Origin: a virus | Lineage: Duplodnaviria; Caudoviricetes | Virus record (IMG/VR): IMGVR_UViG_3300025715_000009 | Coordinates: 256,001-320,000 of that record | Reading direction: 5' to 3' (one strand) | Length of the DNA: 64,000 nt | In this document: positions 48,486-57,400 of the stretch, piece by piece | How the letters are laid out: every line of letters begins with the position of its first letter | How positions within the stretch are numbered: the stretch's first letter is position 1 | Position numbers and translations under genes: made by a program | The notes under the pieces: model-generated | The model's input: the letters and a program-made list of their open reading frames with translations, nothing else | Told to the model about the DNA's origin: nothing | The model's database searches: none

Positions 48486-48761
48486 TTATGATTTTTTTCT
48501 TTCGTACCCTAATTCTGTTATAGCATTACGATATTTATTTAATCTATTTTCCATAGCTATACCACGTTCTTTCATATCATCTAAAAGAGAAAATGCTCGA
48601 TCTGTTATTTCTATTAATTGTTCTTGTAGTTTTGGTATTTCACTAATAGTAGCGTCAGTGAAATTTAATTCTCGTATAGCTTCTATTTCATATCTAAGAT
48701 GATCATTTAAATGACAAATATATTGTTTTTGCTTTATAGGTTCAACTTTCTTTCTAGGCAT
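48486..48761 (-). CDS. hypothetical coiled-coil protein
   Basis: ORF. Confidence 0.7.
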   Translation of the reverse strand: MPRKKVEPIKQKQYICHLNDHLRYEIEAIRELNFTDATISEIPKLQEQLIEITDRAFSLLDDMKERGIAMENRLNKYRNAITELGYERKKS

Positions 48762-48778
48762 ACAAAACTCCTATAAAT

Positions 48779-49456
48779 TTAAATTCCAAAAATTTGCTGG
48801 AATTTTTTAAAGACATCATTATCAACAAAATAATCTATATAATCATAAAATTTTGATTCAAACATTAGCTGATCTTTTAAATTACTATTTTTATAAATAG
48901 AAAAACAATTATCTAATAAAAAAATTTTAATGTATTTATTATCTAGTTTAATTTTATCAATATAAATTCGTTCTTCGCCTTCTTTGTTTATTAAATTATA
49001 TAAATAATTATATATTTTATTGTGTAATTTTTTATAATCAAAATTTGAAAAATTTTCTTTATATTTTTTAACGTTATTAATAATATCTTTTTTATTATCT
49101 AATAGTTTATATTTGTTTAAAATTTCTTCTATTTCTTTTTCAAAATTTAAAACCGGTTCATTTATTGGTTTTGCTTTTATATTATGGATTTTATCATTTA
49201 CAATATCAAATTGTATTTCAAATCTAGCAACAAGATTTTTTGAATTAGGGCCAGTTATTGATTCAATATCTTTAGATCCAGATGGTCTTATAACAGATAT
49301 TTGATCTAAATTTTGATTTAAGTTAGAATAAGTACTTCCAGATTTAATATAACCAGATTTTAAGATATTTAAAAAACCTATCATATTTGTGTAATGATAA
49401 AATAGTTTTTCTGAGCCAGATTCTAATAATGTGCCCAATAGCTCATCAAAATTCAT
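48779..49456 (-). CDS. possible ADP-ribosyltransferase-fold protein with CTS-like N-terminus
   Basis: MNFDELLGTLLES; YHYT, ISVIR, EGEERI. Confidence 0.45.
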   Translation of the reverse strand: MNFDELLGTLLESGSEKLFYHYTNMIGFLNILKSGYIKSGSTYSNLNQNLDQISVIRPSGSKDIESITGPNSKNLVARFEIQFDIVNDKIHNIKAKPINEPVLNFEKEIEEILNKYKLLDNKKDIINNVKKYKENFSNFDYKKLHNKIYNYLYNLINKEGEERIYIDKIKLDNKYIKIFLLDNCFSIYKNSNLKDQLMFESKFYDYIDYFVDNDVFKKFQQIFGI

Positions 49457-49469
49457 GTTGCCTCTTTTA

Positions 49470-49558
49470 CGGAGAGAGAGGGATTTGAACCCCCGAACGG
49501 ATTGCTCCGTTGCCTGATTTCAAGTCAGGTGCAATCAGCCAGACTCTGCCATCTCTCC
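49470..49558 (-). tRNA. tRNA-Ser (TGA)
   Basis: cloverleaf with long variable arm. Confidence 0.93.
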
Positions 49559-49564
49559 ATTTAA

Positions 49565-49635
49565 TTCGCCCAAATGGATTCGAACCACTACTAAAAGCTC
49601 CAAAGGCTCTTGTGCTACCGTTACACCATGGGCGA
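49565..49635 (-). tRNA. tRNA-Gln (TTG)
   Basis: cloverleaf. Confidence 0.9.
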
Positions 49636-49639
49636 ATGT

Positions 49640-49810
49640 TTAATCGTTAAAATCTGAAGGCCTTCTTTCTTGTCTTTTGCATTTTTCACATTCTGCAAAA
49701 TCTTTTTTTCTTCCTTCTATAAAAGAAGTATGCATTTTGATTTCTCCACCACACTTGCAATAAAATCTTTGAGTTGTCGATGAAGTACGCGAGTTTTTAG
49801 ATACAGCCAT
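49640..49810 (-). CDS. small Zn-ribbon protein (56 aa)
   Basis: MAVSKN...YCKCGGEI...ECEKC. Confidence 0.6.
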   Translation of the reverse strand: MAVSKNSRTSSTTQRFYCKCGGEIKMHTSFIEGRKKDFAECEKCKRQERRPSDFND

Positions 49811-49997
49811 TTATTAATTCCTCTCTTAATTTTTGTTTCCATCTTCTGGATAAACGATGTAAAAATTTTTGTCTTGTTGAATGATTGTGTAAATTCTTTT
49901 TAGGATTAGAATGATTGTGTCCACCACAACAACAATATTTATCACTATGATCACAACCATGATTTGAATCAGATGGAAAGAAAGAATCAGATTTCAC
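49797..49997 (-). CDS. small His/Cys-rich basic protein
   Basis: GGAGG plus GTG at 49997. Confidence 0.55.
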   Translation of the reverse strand: MKSDSFFPSDSNHGCDHSDKYCCCGGHNHSNPKKNLHNHSTRQKFLHRLSRRWKQKLREELINGCI

Positions 49998-50012
49998 ATA
50001 TCCTCCAAATAA

Positions 50013-50050
50013 AGCCCCCGCGGTGAATCGAACACCGGACAAGCAGTTTA
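50013..50050 (-). pseudogene. tRNA 3' half stub (Thr-like)
   Basis: TAA-ACTGC-TTGTC-CGGTG TTCGATT CACCG-CGGGGGC-T immediately after the HNH stop. Confidence 0.75.
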
Positions 50051-50052
50051 AT

Positions 50053-50586
50053 TTAATAACTTTTTCCTTCTTTATATCTTTGACGTCTATAGTGCCTTCC
50101 TTTTCCTCTATTTCTACTTTTATATGTACCAAGTTGTGAATCACAGTTTGAACAAATCATTCTTAAATTTTCTCTAGAATTATTTGAACTGTTGCCATCT
50201 ATATGGTCTAATATAAATGGCATTGGTTTTCCATTCCATATTGGCTCTATACCACAAATAGCACATTTACTATTTTGTTCTTCAAGAATAAATGGTCTTA
50301 ATGATTTTGTCCATTTTCCATTTTCTTTCCATTTTTGAATGGCTTTTTCTTGTTCTTGTTTTCCATTTTTTTTACCGCCTTTACTTCTTTCATCAAATGA
50401 AAAACAATGATGTTTTCTGTTTTCTTTAGGAACCCAACATTCTCTACCTTTTAATGACAAAGAAACTTTTTTATTTATTTCTTCTCTTCTTTCTTTTGTA
50501 GCAAAACTTTTAGCACATTTAATTGAACAAAATCTTCCAGAACCGTAAGATCCGCCATGCTCATTACCACAGTTTTCACATTTCAT
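50053..50586 (-). CDS. HNH homing endonuclease
   Basis: CENC..GRFCS..C; LDHIDGNSSNN..NLRMICSNCD. Confidence 0.9.
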   Translation of the reverse strand: MKCENCGNEHGGSYGSGRFCSIKCAKSFATKERREEINKKVSLSLKGRECWVPKENRKHHCFSFDERSKGGKKNGKQEQEKAIQKWKENGKWTKSLRPFILEEQNSKCAICGIEPIWNGKPMPFILDHIDGNSSNNSRENLRMICSNCDSQLGTYKSRNRGKGRHYRRQRYKEGKSY

Positions 50587-50656
50587 TTTGAACTCCTCTG
50601 TTGAATATAATTTATCTTATACTCAAGAGTTCAAATAATCAAATATATTTTAAAAA

Positions 50657-50729
50657 AGCCCTGACCAGGAATTGAACCCGGATCTGAAGATTACAAGTCT
50701 ACTGTACTAGCCATTTGTACTATCAAGGC
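50657..50729 (-). tRNA. tRNA-Thr (TGT)
   Basis: cloverleaf. Confidence 0.9.
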
Positions 50730-50784
50730 AAATTAATGTATCTAATGTATCCACAAATGGTTTCTCCAATAAAAACCATATGAT

Positions 50785-50856
50785 TCGGGGATGTAGGATT
50801 CGAACCTCTTCTTCTGGTCCCAAACCAGACGTGTCTCCCGTAGCACTGCATCCCCG
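50785..50856 (-). tRNA. tRNA-Pro (TGG), imperfect T stem
   Basis: TCTGG-TTTGGGA-CCAGA. Confidence 0.7.
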
Positions 50857-50917
50857 GATTAAACTATAGCATATAATAATATATGCATTTATCTTGTAAA
50901 ATAAGAAAGATAAATGT

Positions 50918-51250
50918 ATGAAACTAAAACAAATTTTATCTGAATTAGCCCAGTTAGAATATTCTTCTACTAAAGGCTCACAAAAACAATTATCTCAATC
51001 AGGAATTGAAAATAAATTTTTAGAAACAGTTGAAGCTGCTATAGCTGCAAGTCCTGAATTACAAAAAATGTTTGATGTAGAACAAGAACCTTATGATGTC
51101 CAATTAGAAAGACAAGGTGGAAATATTAAAATTATTCTCAATCCAGAACATGGTCAAAAACAAAGTATAGCAACATTTCCAATGTCATATTTAAGTAAGT
51201 ATTTTAACAATCCAAAAGGTTTAATTTCTTTATTGCTAAAACGTGGTTAA
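50918..51250 (+). CDS. hypothetical protein with CTS-like N-terminus
   Basis: MKLKQILSE; AAGATAA 4 nt before ATG. Confidence 0.75.
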   Translation: MKLKQILSELAQLEYSSTKGSQKQLSQSGIENKFLETVEAAIAASPELQKMFDVEQEPYDVQLERQGGNIKIILNPEHGQKQSIATFPMSYLSKYFNNPKGLISLLLKRG

Positions 51251-51507
51251 AAAACTGTTTCCTCTACTTTAACTGGGATATGTTCATCTTGGCAACATTG
51301 TTCTATTTCTTGAATTGTTTGCTTGGCATTTACATCAATAAAGTGATCTACATACTCACAAAAATAATCATTTAACTCTGAATCATAATAAAATGCAATA
51401 CAATCATATCCAATTTGTATATCATCTTTAAAAAGATTTCTTATGGTGAGATTTTTTATAGAAACAGAATCATCATTACAATAAAAATTTAATTTATCTT
51501 TTAACAT
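51247..51507 (-). CDS. hypothetical protein
   Basis: ORF. Confidence 0.65.
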   Translation of the reverse strand: MLKDKLNFYCNDDSVSIKNLTIRNLFKDDIQIGYDCIAFYYDSELNDYFCEYVDHFIDVNAKQTIQEIEQCCQDEHIPVKVEETVF

Positions 51508-51870
51508 TTACCACCACTCTTTATTATATGAAGTTAGAATAACATCCCAAATTTTATATTTTCTTGAATCAGGATTTGCATAAACTCTATCAAGCACAAT
51601 AATCATATCTTGAACAGTTCCAGAATATGTAGCCCATTCAAATAAAAGAGATCTAAGTGATTCAGCACTCCCAGTTAGTTTATCAGACCCTTGCATTTGT
51701 CCTAATAGCTGTCTTAAACTATCTAAGCCACTAAACCAACCTAAAACATATTTGGTTTTTTCCATACTTGTCCAGCTTACCCAAGTATAACCATCATTAT
51801 CTAATACTGATTGAGCAAAAACAAGATTTACAAGCAAACAAAACAATACAACAAGAAAGGCTTTTCTCAT
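51508..51870 (-). CDS. secreted protein, paralog of 53988-54425
   Basis: signal peptide; DG..W....K..YV.G...LD.VY..P..RKY...NKEWW. Confidence 0.75.
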   Translation of the reverse strand: MRKAFLVVLFCLLVNLVFAQSVLDNDGYTWVSWTSMEKTKYVLGWFSGLDSLRQLLGQMQGSDKLTGSAESLRSLLFEWATYSGTVQDMIIVLDRVYANPDSRKYKIWDVILTSYNKEWW

Positions 51871-51895
51871 GTTTTCTCCTTGTTTATAAATATGC

Positions 51896-52144
51896 TTAAT
51901 TGATATTAATATTTGTTTCTGTATAATCAAATTTTTTCTTTATACTTAGCTTTATATCTTCACTTTTTTCAGAATGGGGGATATATATTGAATGTGTTTT
52001 AGTTTTAAAATTAATTGTAAACCCACATCCAACATAACCATATTTTGTTTCACAGCATGATTTAATATTATTTTTTTTATATAAATTATGAATTATAATG
52101 TTATCGATCTCATTGTTTTTTATTTCACCAAAAACGTTTTTCAT
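51896..52144 (-). CDS. hypothetical protein
   Basis: ORF with SD. Confidence 0.6.
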   Translation of the reverse strand: MKNVFGEIKNNEIDNIIIHNLYKKNNIKSCCETKYGYVGCGFTINFKTKTHSIYIPHSEKSEDIKLSIKKKFDYTETNININ

Positions 52145-52146
52145 GT

Positions 52147-52887
52147 TTACTCCTTTAGTTTTTTCATTGCTTTGATTCTGTTTCTTATTATTTTTTTAGA
52201 AAACCTAATATTCTTCATAGAAACAAAATATTCATATAAATAAATAATACTAAATGGCAATAATAAGCTAAATAAAACAAGTGTTAATGAAAGAGAGAAG
52301 ATTAAAACTTTTTGTTTATTTAATATTGAATAATAACTTTCAGCACTTGAATCTACTCCAATAGATGCTATATGATTTTTTGATTTAGAATATAGTGGAC
52401 CATAAGCACTTATACTATAAGTATCAAATTCTTCATCATAAGATGTTTCTTGTTCAATTAAAATTTCTGATGTAAATAAAGACTCAAGCATTAGTTCAAA
52501 ATTTGAAGTATCATATTTTTTACCTAAAAATTCAATCTCTTCATCAGCATCTATAATAAACGATACAATATTTACATCATTAAAAATATAAATATAAATA
52601 TATGTCACATATTCTGGATATAAATTTTTTATAAACTGCAAATTATTTTTAATTTTTGTATATCTAACTAAAACTTCTTCATTTGATAGATTCAATTTAC
52701 CTTGAGAATAAAGTATCAATTGCTCTAAACTATCAGGGCAAACTACTAAAGAAGTAAGTTTAATAATTCTTGCTAATTCTGATTTATAAGCCTGTTCAAC
52801 CATATTTGCTTTTGTATTATAGATAAAAAAGTATACAATTGTTGTAATTATGATTGTATAGAGAATAAAAAATATTGTTTTACGCAC
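52147..52887 (-). CDS. two-TM periplasmic sensor (Cache-like) domain without output domain
   Basis: TM-YIYI..FIIDAD..G..Y..DE....SAYGPL..IGVD-TM. Confidence 0.7.
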   Translation of the reverse strand: MRKTIFFILYTIIITTIVYFFIYNTKANMVEQAYKSELARIIKLTSLVVCPDSLEQLILYSQGKLNLSNEEVLVRYTKIKNNLQFIKNLYPEYVTYIYIYIFNDVNIVSFIIDADEEIEFLGKKYDTSNFELMLESLFTSEILIEQETSYDEEFDTYSISAYGPLYSKSKNHIASIGVDSSAESYYSILNKQKVLIFSLSLTLVLFSLLLPFSIIYLYEYFVSMKNIRFSKKIIRNRIKAMKKLKE

Positions 52888-52921
52888 ATTATCTCCTAAG
52901 ATTATCTTTTAAAAAAATAGT

Positions 52922-52992
52922 TTGCCTTATTTGGATTTGAACCAAAACACTGAGCTTCAGAGACTCGTATGCTACCATTACATCATAAGGCA
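52922..52992 (-). tRNA. tRNA-Gln (CTG)
   Basis: cloverleaf; CTCTGAA. Confidence 0.88.
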
Positions 52993-53321
52993 TCGTTTTC
53001 ATATAATTCAGATAAATCTATTGCATATTGATTATCTTGTAAGTCATTACATTCACATGGAGAAATATTTAACCATGTCATAGCATCTAAGCATGAATAT
53101 AATTTCATTGCGTTTTTTCTGTTCATATATATGCAACATGCATTAAGCTTTTTATTATCTTGACTTATTGATGATAATTCTTTTATAGCCCAATTAGCAT
53201 AATTTTCAAAATTACTTCGGAGAGTAGAGTATCTACAATTTTTTCTTATTTGTTTTAATTTAATTGATTTGAAATCAAATTCTTTAAGAATTAAAATCTT
53301 ATCTTTATATTTAGTTAACAT
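52983..53321 (-). CDS. hypothetical protein
   Basis: ORF between tRNAs; stop inside tRNA-Gln. Confidence 0.65.
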   Translation of the reverse strand: MLTKYKDKILILKEFDFKSIKLKQIRKNCRYSTLRSNFENYANWAIKELSSISQDNKKLNACCIYMNRKNAMKLYSCLDAMTWLNISPCECNDLQDNQYAIDLSELYENDAL

Positions 53322-53322
53322 T

Positions 53323-53394
53323 TACTCTCACCAGGAATCGAACCTGGACTTTGAACTTAGGAGGTTCATGTTCTATCCATTAAACTATGAGAAT
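53323..53394 (-). tRNA. tRNA-Arg (CCT)
   Basis: cloverleaf. Confidence 0.9.
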
Positions 53395-53412
53395 TTTATA
53401 AAAACTATTTTC

Positions 53413-53826
53413 TTAAATTCTTTTTGCTTCTATAATTCTCTTTACATTTTGATAAATTTTTGGAGATTCTTTAGTAGCCTCAGCTTCATTAGATCTAAAG
53501 AATTCACACATTTCAAATTCTGTCTCTTCATCTTCACCAAAATAAGATCCCCAACCGGATATAGAACCAACTCTTAAATGTTGGCTTGAATCAAAATAAA
53601 CCTTACCAGTGTCTGAATCAACTTCTTGGGTGTTATCGCTTGGTAATTCCACAATCCTTGTAATCTTCATTCTCATTCCACCTGGTTTAGTGTTGAGAAC
53701 CTTACCATAGATGTTAAACATTTCACCTTCAATGTGAACATAGTCATCTTTTTGCATTTCACTGAATGAAGAATATTGTTTAGATTCCTTTGCTTCTAAT
53801 AATTTATTAAAATCAGAAAAATTCAT
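53413..53826 (-). CDS. hypothetical protein with CTS-like N-terminus
   Basis: MNFSDFNKLLEA; SD GGAGGT. Confidence 0.75.
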   Translation of the reverse strand: MNFSDFNKLLEAKESKQYSSFSEMQKDDYVHIEGEMFNIYGKVLNTKPGGMRMKITRIVELPSDNTQEVDSDTGKVYFDSSQHLRVGSISGWGSYFGEDEETEFEMCEFFRSNEAEATKESPKIYQNVKRIIEAKRI

Positions 53827-53907
53827 TACAACCTCCTAATGGTATAATATAATATATCTTTCTTCATTTAATAAAATAATTCAAAAATAATAAAATAATT
53901 CAAAAAA

Positions 53908-53980
53908 AGCCGCTTCTGAGAATCGAACTCAGATTACTTGTTTACGAAACAAGCGTAATAATCCATTATACGAAAGCGGC
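53908..53980 (-). tRNA. tRNA-Thr (CGT)
   Basis: cloverleaf. Confidence 0.9.
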
Positions 53981-53987
53981 TTATTCT

Positions 53988-54425
53988 CTACTCTATATTC
54001 CACCAATTCTTATCATATTCTACTAGCAGGACTTCAATAATGCCATATTTTCTATTTTCTGGTTTCTCATATACTTTATCTAGAGAAACAATAACTGTCT
54101 GAACATTTACACTAAAATATGCCCAATTGCTAAACATCTCAAGCAAATCATATGCTACTTTTGTATCGCCTGTGTAATTATTAACCAGTAATTCTTTAAA
54201 TTTTGGACTTTCTTGTAGTGCCCAAACATATTCTAGCATGGTGTTAAGACCAAAGAAAATGCCTCTAACAAATGTTTCTTTTGTAGATGTAGTGAATGTT
54301 ACCCAGTTTTCCCCATTAAGAGTTAAAATTCCTCTATCTGGTCTAGGTGGAGAATCACTAATTTGAGCAAATGCAGAAAAAACTAGACTAAGAAAAACCA
54401 GGACAAACATAATCTTCTTGAACAT
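53988..54425 (-). CDS. secreted protein, paralog of 51508-51870
   Basis: signal peptide AFA; shared motifs. Confidence 0.75.
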   Translation of the reverse strand: MFKKIMFVLVFLSLVFSAFAQISDSPPRPDRGILTLNGENWVTFTTSTKETFVRGIFFGLNTMLEYVWALQESPKFKELLVNNYTGDTKVAYDLLEMFSNWAYFSVNVQTVIVSLDKVYEKPENRKYGIIEVLLVEYDKNWWNIE

Positions 54426-54449
54426 CTTAACTCCTTTAAAAAAAGATTA

Positions 54450-54536
54450 CGGAAAGTGAGGGATTTGAACCCTCGGTGCCCTTACGAACACGCAATCTTA
54501 GCAGGATTGTGCCTTAGACCACTCGGCCAACTTTCC
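54450..54536 (-). tRNA. tRNA-Ser (GCT)
   Basis: cloverleaf with long variable arm. Confidence 0.93.
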
Positions 54537-54537
54537 A

Positions 54538-54963
54538 TTAAATATGCAATATATCTATGTTATTTGATTCAAAAATTATATTATTAGGACTTACTGCCCA
54601 AGTATATCTCATCTTATCCAAAATAGCAGATACAATAACTTGAACATTTTTACGATTAAATCCATTTCCTCGAATTGAAGCTATCTCTAAATATAATGTC
54701 TTGTTTGCAGGTACATACCCCCAATAAAAAGTAAAATCTGTTTCTCCTTCTAATTTCTGCTTAATTTGAGCATGCTTCATGCCTTGCATGGAGATAAATG
54801 CTTCGCCTTTAGATGAATATACTCCTCGACCCCAATTAGATCCAAATGGTTGCATGGGTTGAGTTGAATCAATCCATCCTTTAGGAAGATATTGTTTAAT
54901 TGAAGAAAAAGAAGTAATAAGTTTGCTGACTGTTGCTTCTGTTAAAACTTTGTCAAACTTCAT
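54538..54963 (-). CDS. hypothetical protein with CTS-like N-terminus
   Basis: MKFDKVLTEA. Confidence 0.75.
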   Translation of the reverse strand: MKFDKVLTEATVSKLITSFSSIKQYLPKGWIDSTQPMQPFGSNWGRGVYSSKGEAFISMQGMKHAQIKQKLEGETDFTFYWGYVPANKTLYLEIASIRGNGFNRKNVQVIVSAILDKMRYTWAVSPNNIIFESNNIDILHI

Positions 54964-55084
54964 GTTCTAATTCCTCTAGATATTTTTCAATATCTTTTTC
55001 TAAATCTTTGTCTTTAATTCTCATAAAAGTGAGAGCTTTGAGCATCCACTTTAATAAGAAAATTACAAGACTTGTTTTCATCTA

Positions 55085-55110
55085 GGTGATCGGTGGGAGT
55101 TGAACCCACC
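55085..55110 (-). pseudogene. tRNA-His-like 3' stub
   Basis: GTGGG TTCAACT CCCAC CGATCAC C. Confidence 0.7.
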
Positions 55111-55159
55111 TTATATTATACTGAAATAATATCCTTTCTAAAATAATTTACAACTATTA

Positions 55160-55231
55160 GGGGTTTAGAGGGAATTGAACCCTCGACAGTGGTTCCACAG
55201 ACCACGGTTTTACCACTAAACTATAAACCCC
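55160..55231 (-). tRNA. tRNA-His (GTG) with G-1:C73
   Basis: cloverleaf. Confidence 0.9.
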
Positions 55232-55234
55232 ATG

Positions 55235-56050
55235 CTATTTTAATCCTAAACGAATTTCTTCTCTAATGATATCTTCATTGAACCATTTTATTAAAACCTT
55301 ATTTTGTTCTTCTGCTGCTTTCCATTTTAACAAATCTTTTTTTGTTGTATATCCTTTTGTTTCAATATAATAAGAATTATTAACTTTAAAATCAAACAAA
55401 TACATATGTTCTTTATTATCTTCATCTATATACACTATTCTATCTTTAGTATATTCCCAACATAAAATTTCTTTATTTTCTAACATTTTATCTAAAACAA
55501 AACATGTTCTTAATTCATATGTTCCTTGAACTTTTATGTTTTTATAGTAAAACCATTTTGTGGTTCCTCCATAAACTTTTTTACCATTCTTGTATTGTTT
55601 TTTTAATATATTAGATTGTTTATCTCTATGTTCTTGAGATTTTATTTTACATTGAAAACATAATCCAGATTTGGATTTTTTATTAATTTGTTTACCACAC
55701 TTGCAATATAAGCGTTTATATTTAGTTTTTCCCTTATTATGTGGTATTTTGCCTTTTATTTTAATTGATATTTTTAATTTTGTTTTTTCTGTATGTTTTC
55801 GGCTATTACCACAGGAATGAGAACAATATTTCCTTTCTTTTTTGTCTATATGCTGCGTTCCATCTTTTTTTATTTTTCTTTCTATTTCAAATTCTTTTCC
55901 ACATTTAAGGCATTTTTTTATTATTTTAACTCTTTGAAGAGTTAAAGAATTACTAGATTTTATATAAAGTTCTGGGTTATGTGATGCTTTATGACCACCA
56001 TATGCTGATGAGTTTTTAAATTCTTTTCCACATATTTCACATTTATACAT
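55235..56050 (-). CDS. putative homing endonuclease (Zn fingers, NUMOD3-like, PD-(D/E)XK)
   Basis: C2H2, HTEKTKLKIS, QGTYE...YLFDF...IETKGY; start at MYKCE. Confidence 0.8.
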   Translation of the reverse strand: MYKCEICGKEFKNSSAYGGHKASHNPELYIKSSNSLTLQRVKIIKKCLKCGKEFEIERKIKKDGTQHIDKKERKYCSHSCGNSRKHTEKTKLKISIKIKGKIPHNKGKTKYKRLYCKCGKQINKKSKSGLCFQCKIKSQEHRDKQSNILKKQYKNGKKVYGGTTKWFYYKNIKVQGTYELRTCFVLDKMLENKEILCWEYTKDRIVYIDEDNKEHMYLFDFKVNNSYYIETKGYTTKKDLLKWKAAEEQNKVLIKWFNEDIIREEIRLGLK

Positions 56051-56077
56051 TATATTTGTTTTATATAAAAAAATAAA

Positions 56078-56155
56078 GGTGGTCGACGGGATTCGAACCC
56101 GCATTCTTTTCAGCCTGATCCACAGTCAGGTGCATAACCGTTCTGCCACGACCAC
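56078..56155 (-). tRNA. tRNA-His (GTG) with long variable region
   Basis: cloverleaf; variable region CTGAAAAGAAT; no encoded G-1. Confidence 0.8.
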
Positions 56156-56157
56156 AG

Positions 56158-56230
56158 TGGAGAATGCCGGACTTGAACCGGCCACATCCAGCTTGCAAAG
56201 CTGACGCTCTACCAGATGAGCTAATTCCCC
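56158..56230 (-). tRNA. tRNA-Ala (TGC)
   Basis: cloverleaf, G3.U70. Confidence 0.93.
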
Positions 56231-56394
56231 ATGATGAGTGAAGTATTATTTACATTTACATTTACTTCACTTACTTCTTTGCCACACAAACACTCTTTCT
56301 TTATCTTTACTAGTTTACCATCCTTGTAGATATAAATTTTTATTATACCTTGATTTATTGAGCAAAATTTACATGTATCACAATTCCATTCCAT
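56221..56394 (-). CDS. small Cys protein
   Basis: MEWNCDTCKFC...CLC; stop inside tRNA-Ala. Confidence 0.5.
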   Translation of the reverse strand: MEWNCDTCKFCSINQGIIKIYIYKDGKLVKIKKECLCGKEVSEVNVNVNNTSLIMGN

Positions 56395-56396
56395 AG

Positions 56397-56469
56397 AGAC
56401 CCCGACAGGATTTGAACCTGCATAAAATGGATTTGCAATCCACTCCCTAGCCATTCGGGTCACGGAGCC
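56397..56469 (-). tRNA. tRNA-Cys (GCA)
   Basis: cloverleaf, U73. Confidence 0.92.
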
Positions 56470-56587
56470 ACAGAAAACATAAAAGCAAGTAAGATGAAAA
56501 TAAAACCAGAAAAGAAAATAAAACTACCAATAAAACGAAATATAATCTTCATGCTTTTATTATATATTATATTTTAATCCTCTAAAA

Positions 56588-56670
56588 CGGAAACGGTGAG
56601 ATTCGAACTCACAAGCCCTCTCGGACCACTGGTTTTCGAAACCAGCGCCTTACCATTAGACTACGTTTCC
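56588..56670 (-). tRNA. tRNA-Ser (CGA)
   Basis: cloverleaf with long variable arm. Confidence 0.92.
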
Positions 56671-56676
56671 ATAAAT

Positions 56677-56940
56677 CTATAAATTAAATTGACAATATTC
56701 CTCTCCTTTTTGCATAAAATATTTTCCATCTTTTTCAAAAATAGGTGATAACACCCCATTTTCTTCTTTTTTACCAATAATAAAAGAAAATTTTTTGTCT
56801 TCATGCTGCAATATTATTTTTTTATTTGGATAATTAAGTTCTACAAGTTTATAGAGTAAATCATCAGTATTGTCATCTATAACTTCATAATTTAGTGGTG
56901 AGTTTTTATTTTCCATTTTTATTAAAAATTTTTGTATCAT
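56677..56940 (-). CDS. hypothetical protein
   Basis: ORF between tRNAs. Confidence 0.65.
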   Translation of the reverse strand: MIQKFLIKMENKNSPLNYEVIDDNTDDLLYKLVELNYPNKKIILQHEDKKFSFIIGKKEENGVLSPIFEKDGKYFMQKGEEYCQFNL

Positions 56941-56943
56941 ATA

Positions 56944-57016
56944 AGCCGCTTCCAGGAATTGAACCCGGGTCTTCAGTTTACAAGACTGTTGTAATAGCCA
57001 ACTATACTAAAGCGGC
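56944..57016 (-). tRNA. tRNA-Thr (TGT)
   Basis: cloverleaf. Confidence 0.9.
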
Positions 57017-57021
57017 ATAAG

Positions 57022-57094
57022 CGGGCATATCTGGTTACGATCCGGAACTACAAGATTGACAGTCTTGCGTGCAGAGCCACTACACTATACACCC
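57022..57094 (-). tRNA. tRNA-Asp (GTC), atypical T loop ATCGTAA
   Basis: cloverleaf. Confidence 0.8.
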
Positions 57095-57097
57095 ATA

Positions 57098-57182
57098 CGG
57101 AGAGAGGGAGACTCGAACTCCCAAGTCATATTTCAGACCACCTCGTTTCCAACGAGGCCAAATACCATTATCACATCTCTCC
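57098..57182 (-). tRNA. tRNA-Ser (GGA)
   Basis: cloverleaf with long variable arm. Confidence 0.88.
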
Positions 57183-57400
57183 ATTGGTCCTCTTATAGAG
57201 GACCATTAATTTACTTCTTCTTTTCTTTTCTTATTGGCTCTTCATATCTAAGAGCACAATTCCAACAAAGACGACCATTTGGATCGTTCTTTTTTGTGCA
57301 ATCACTGCACCAAATCCAAACTCTCTCATAATCTTTTTTTGTGTCCATAAACACCTCCGATTAATATAGAGGTGTTTTTAACTTCCTTTCATTTGTGCTC

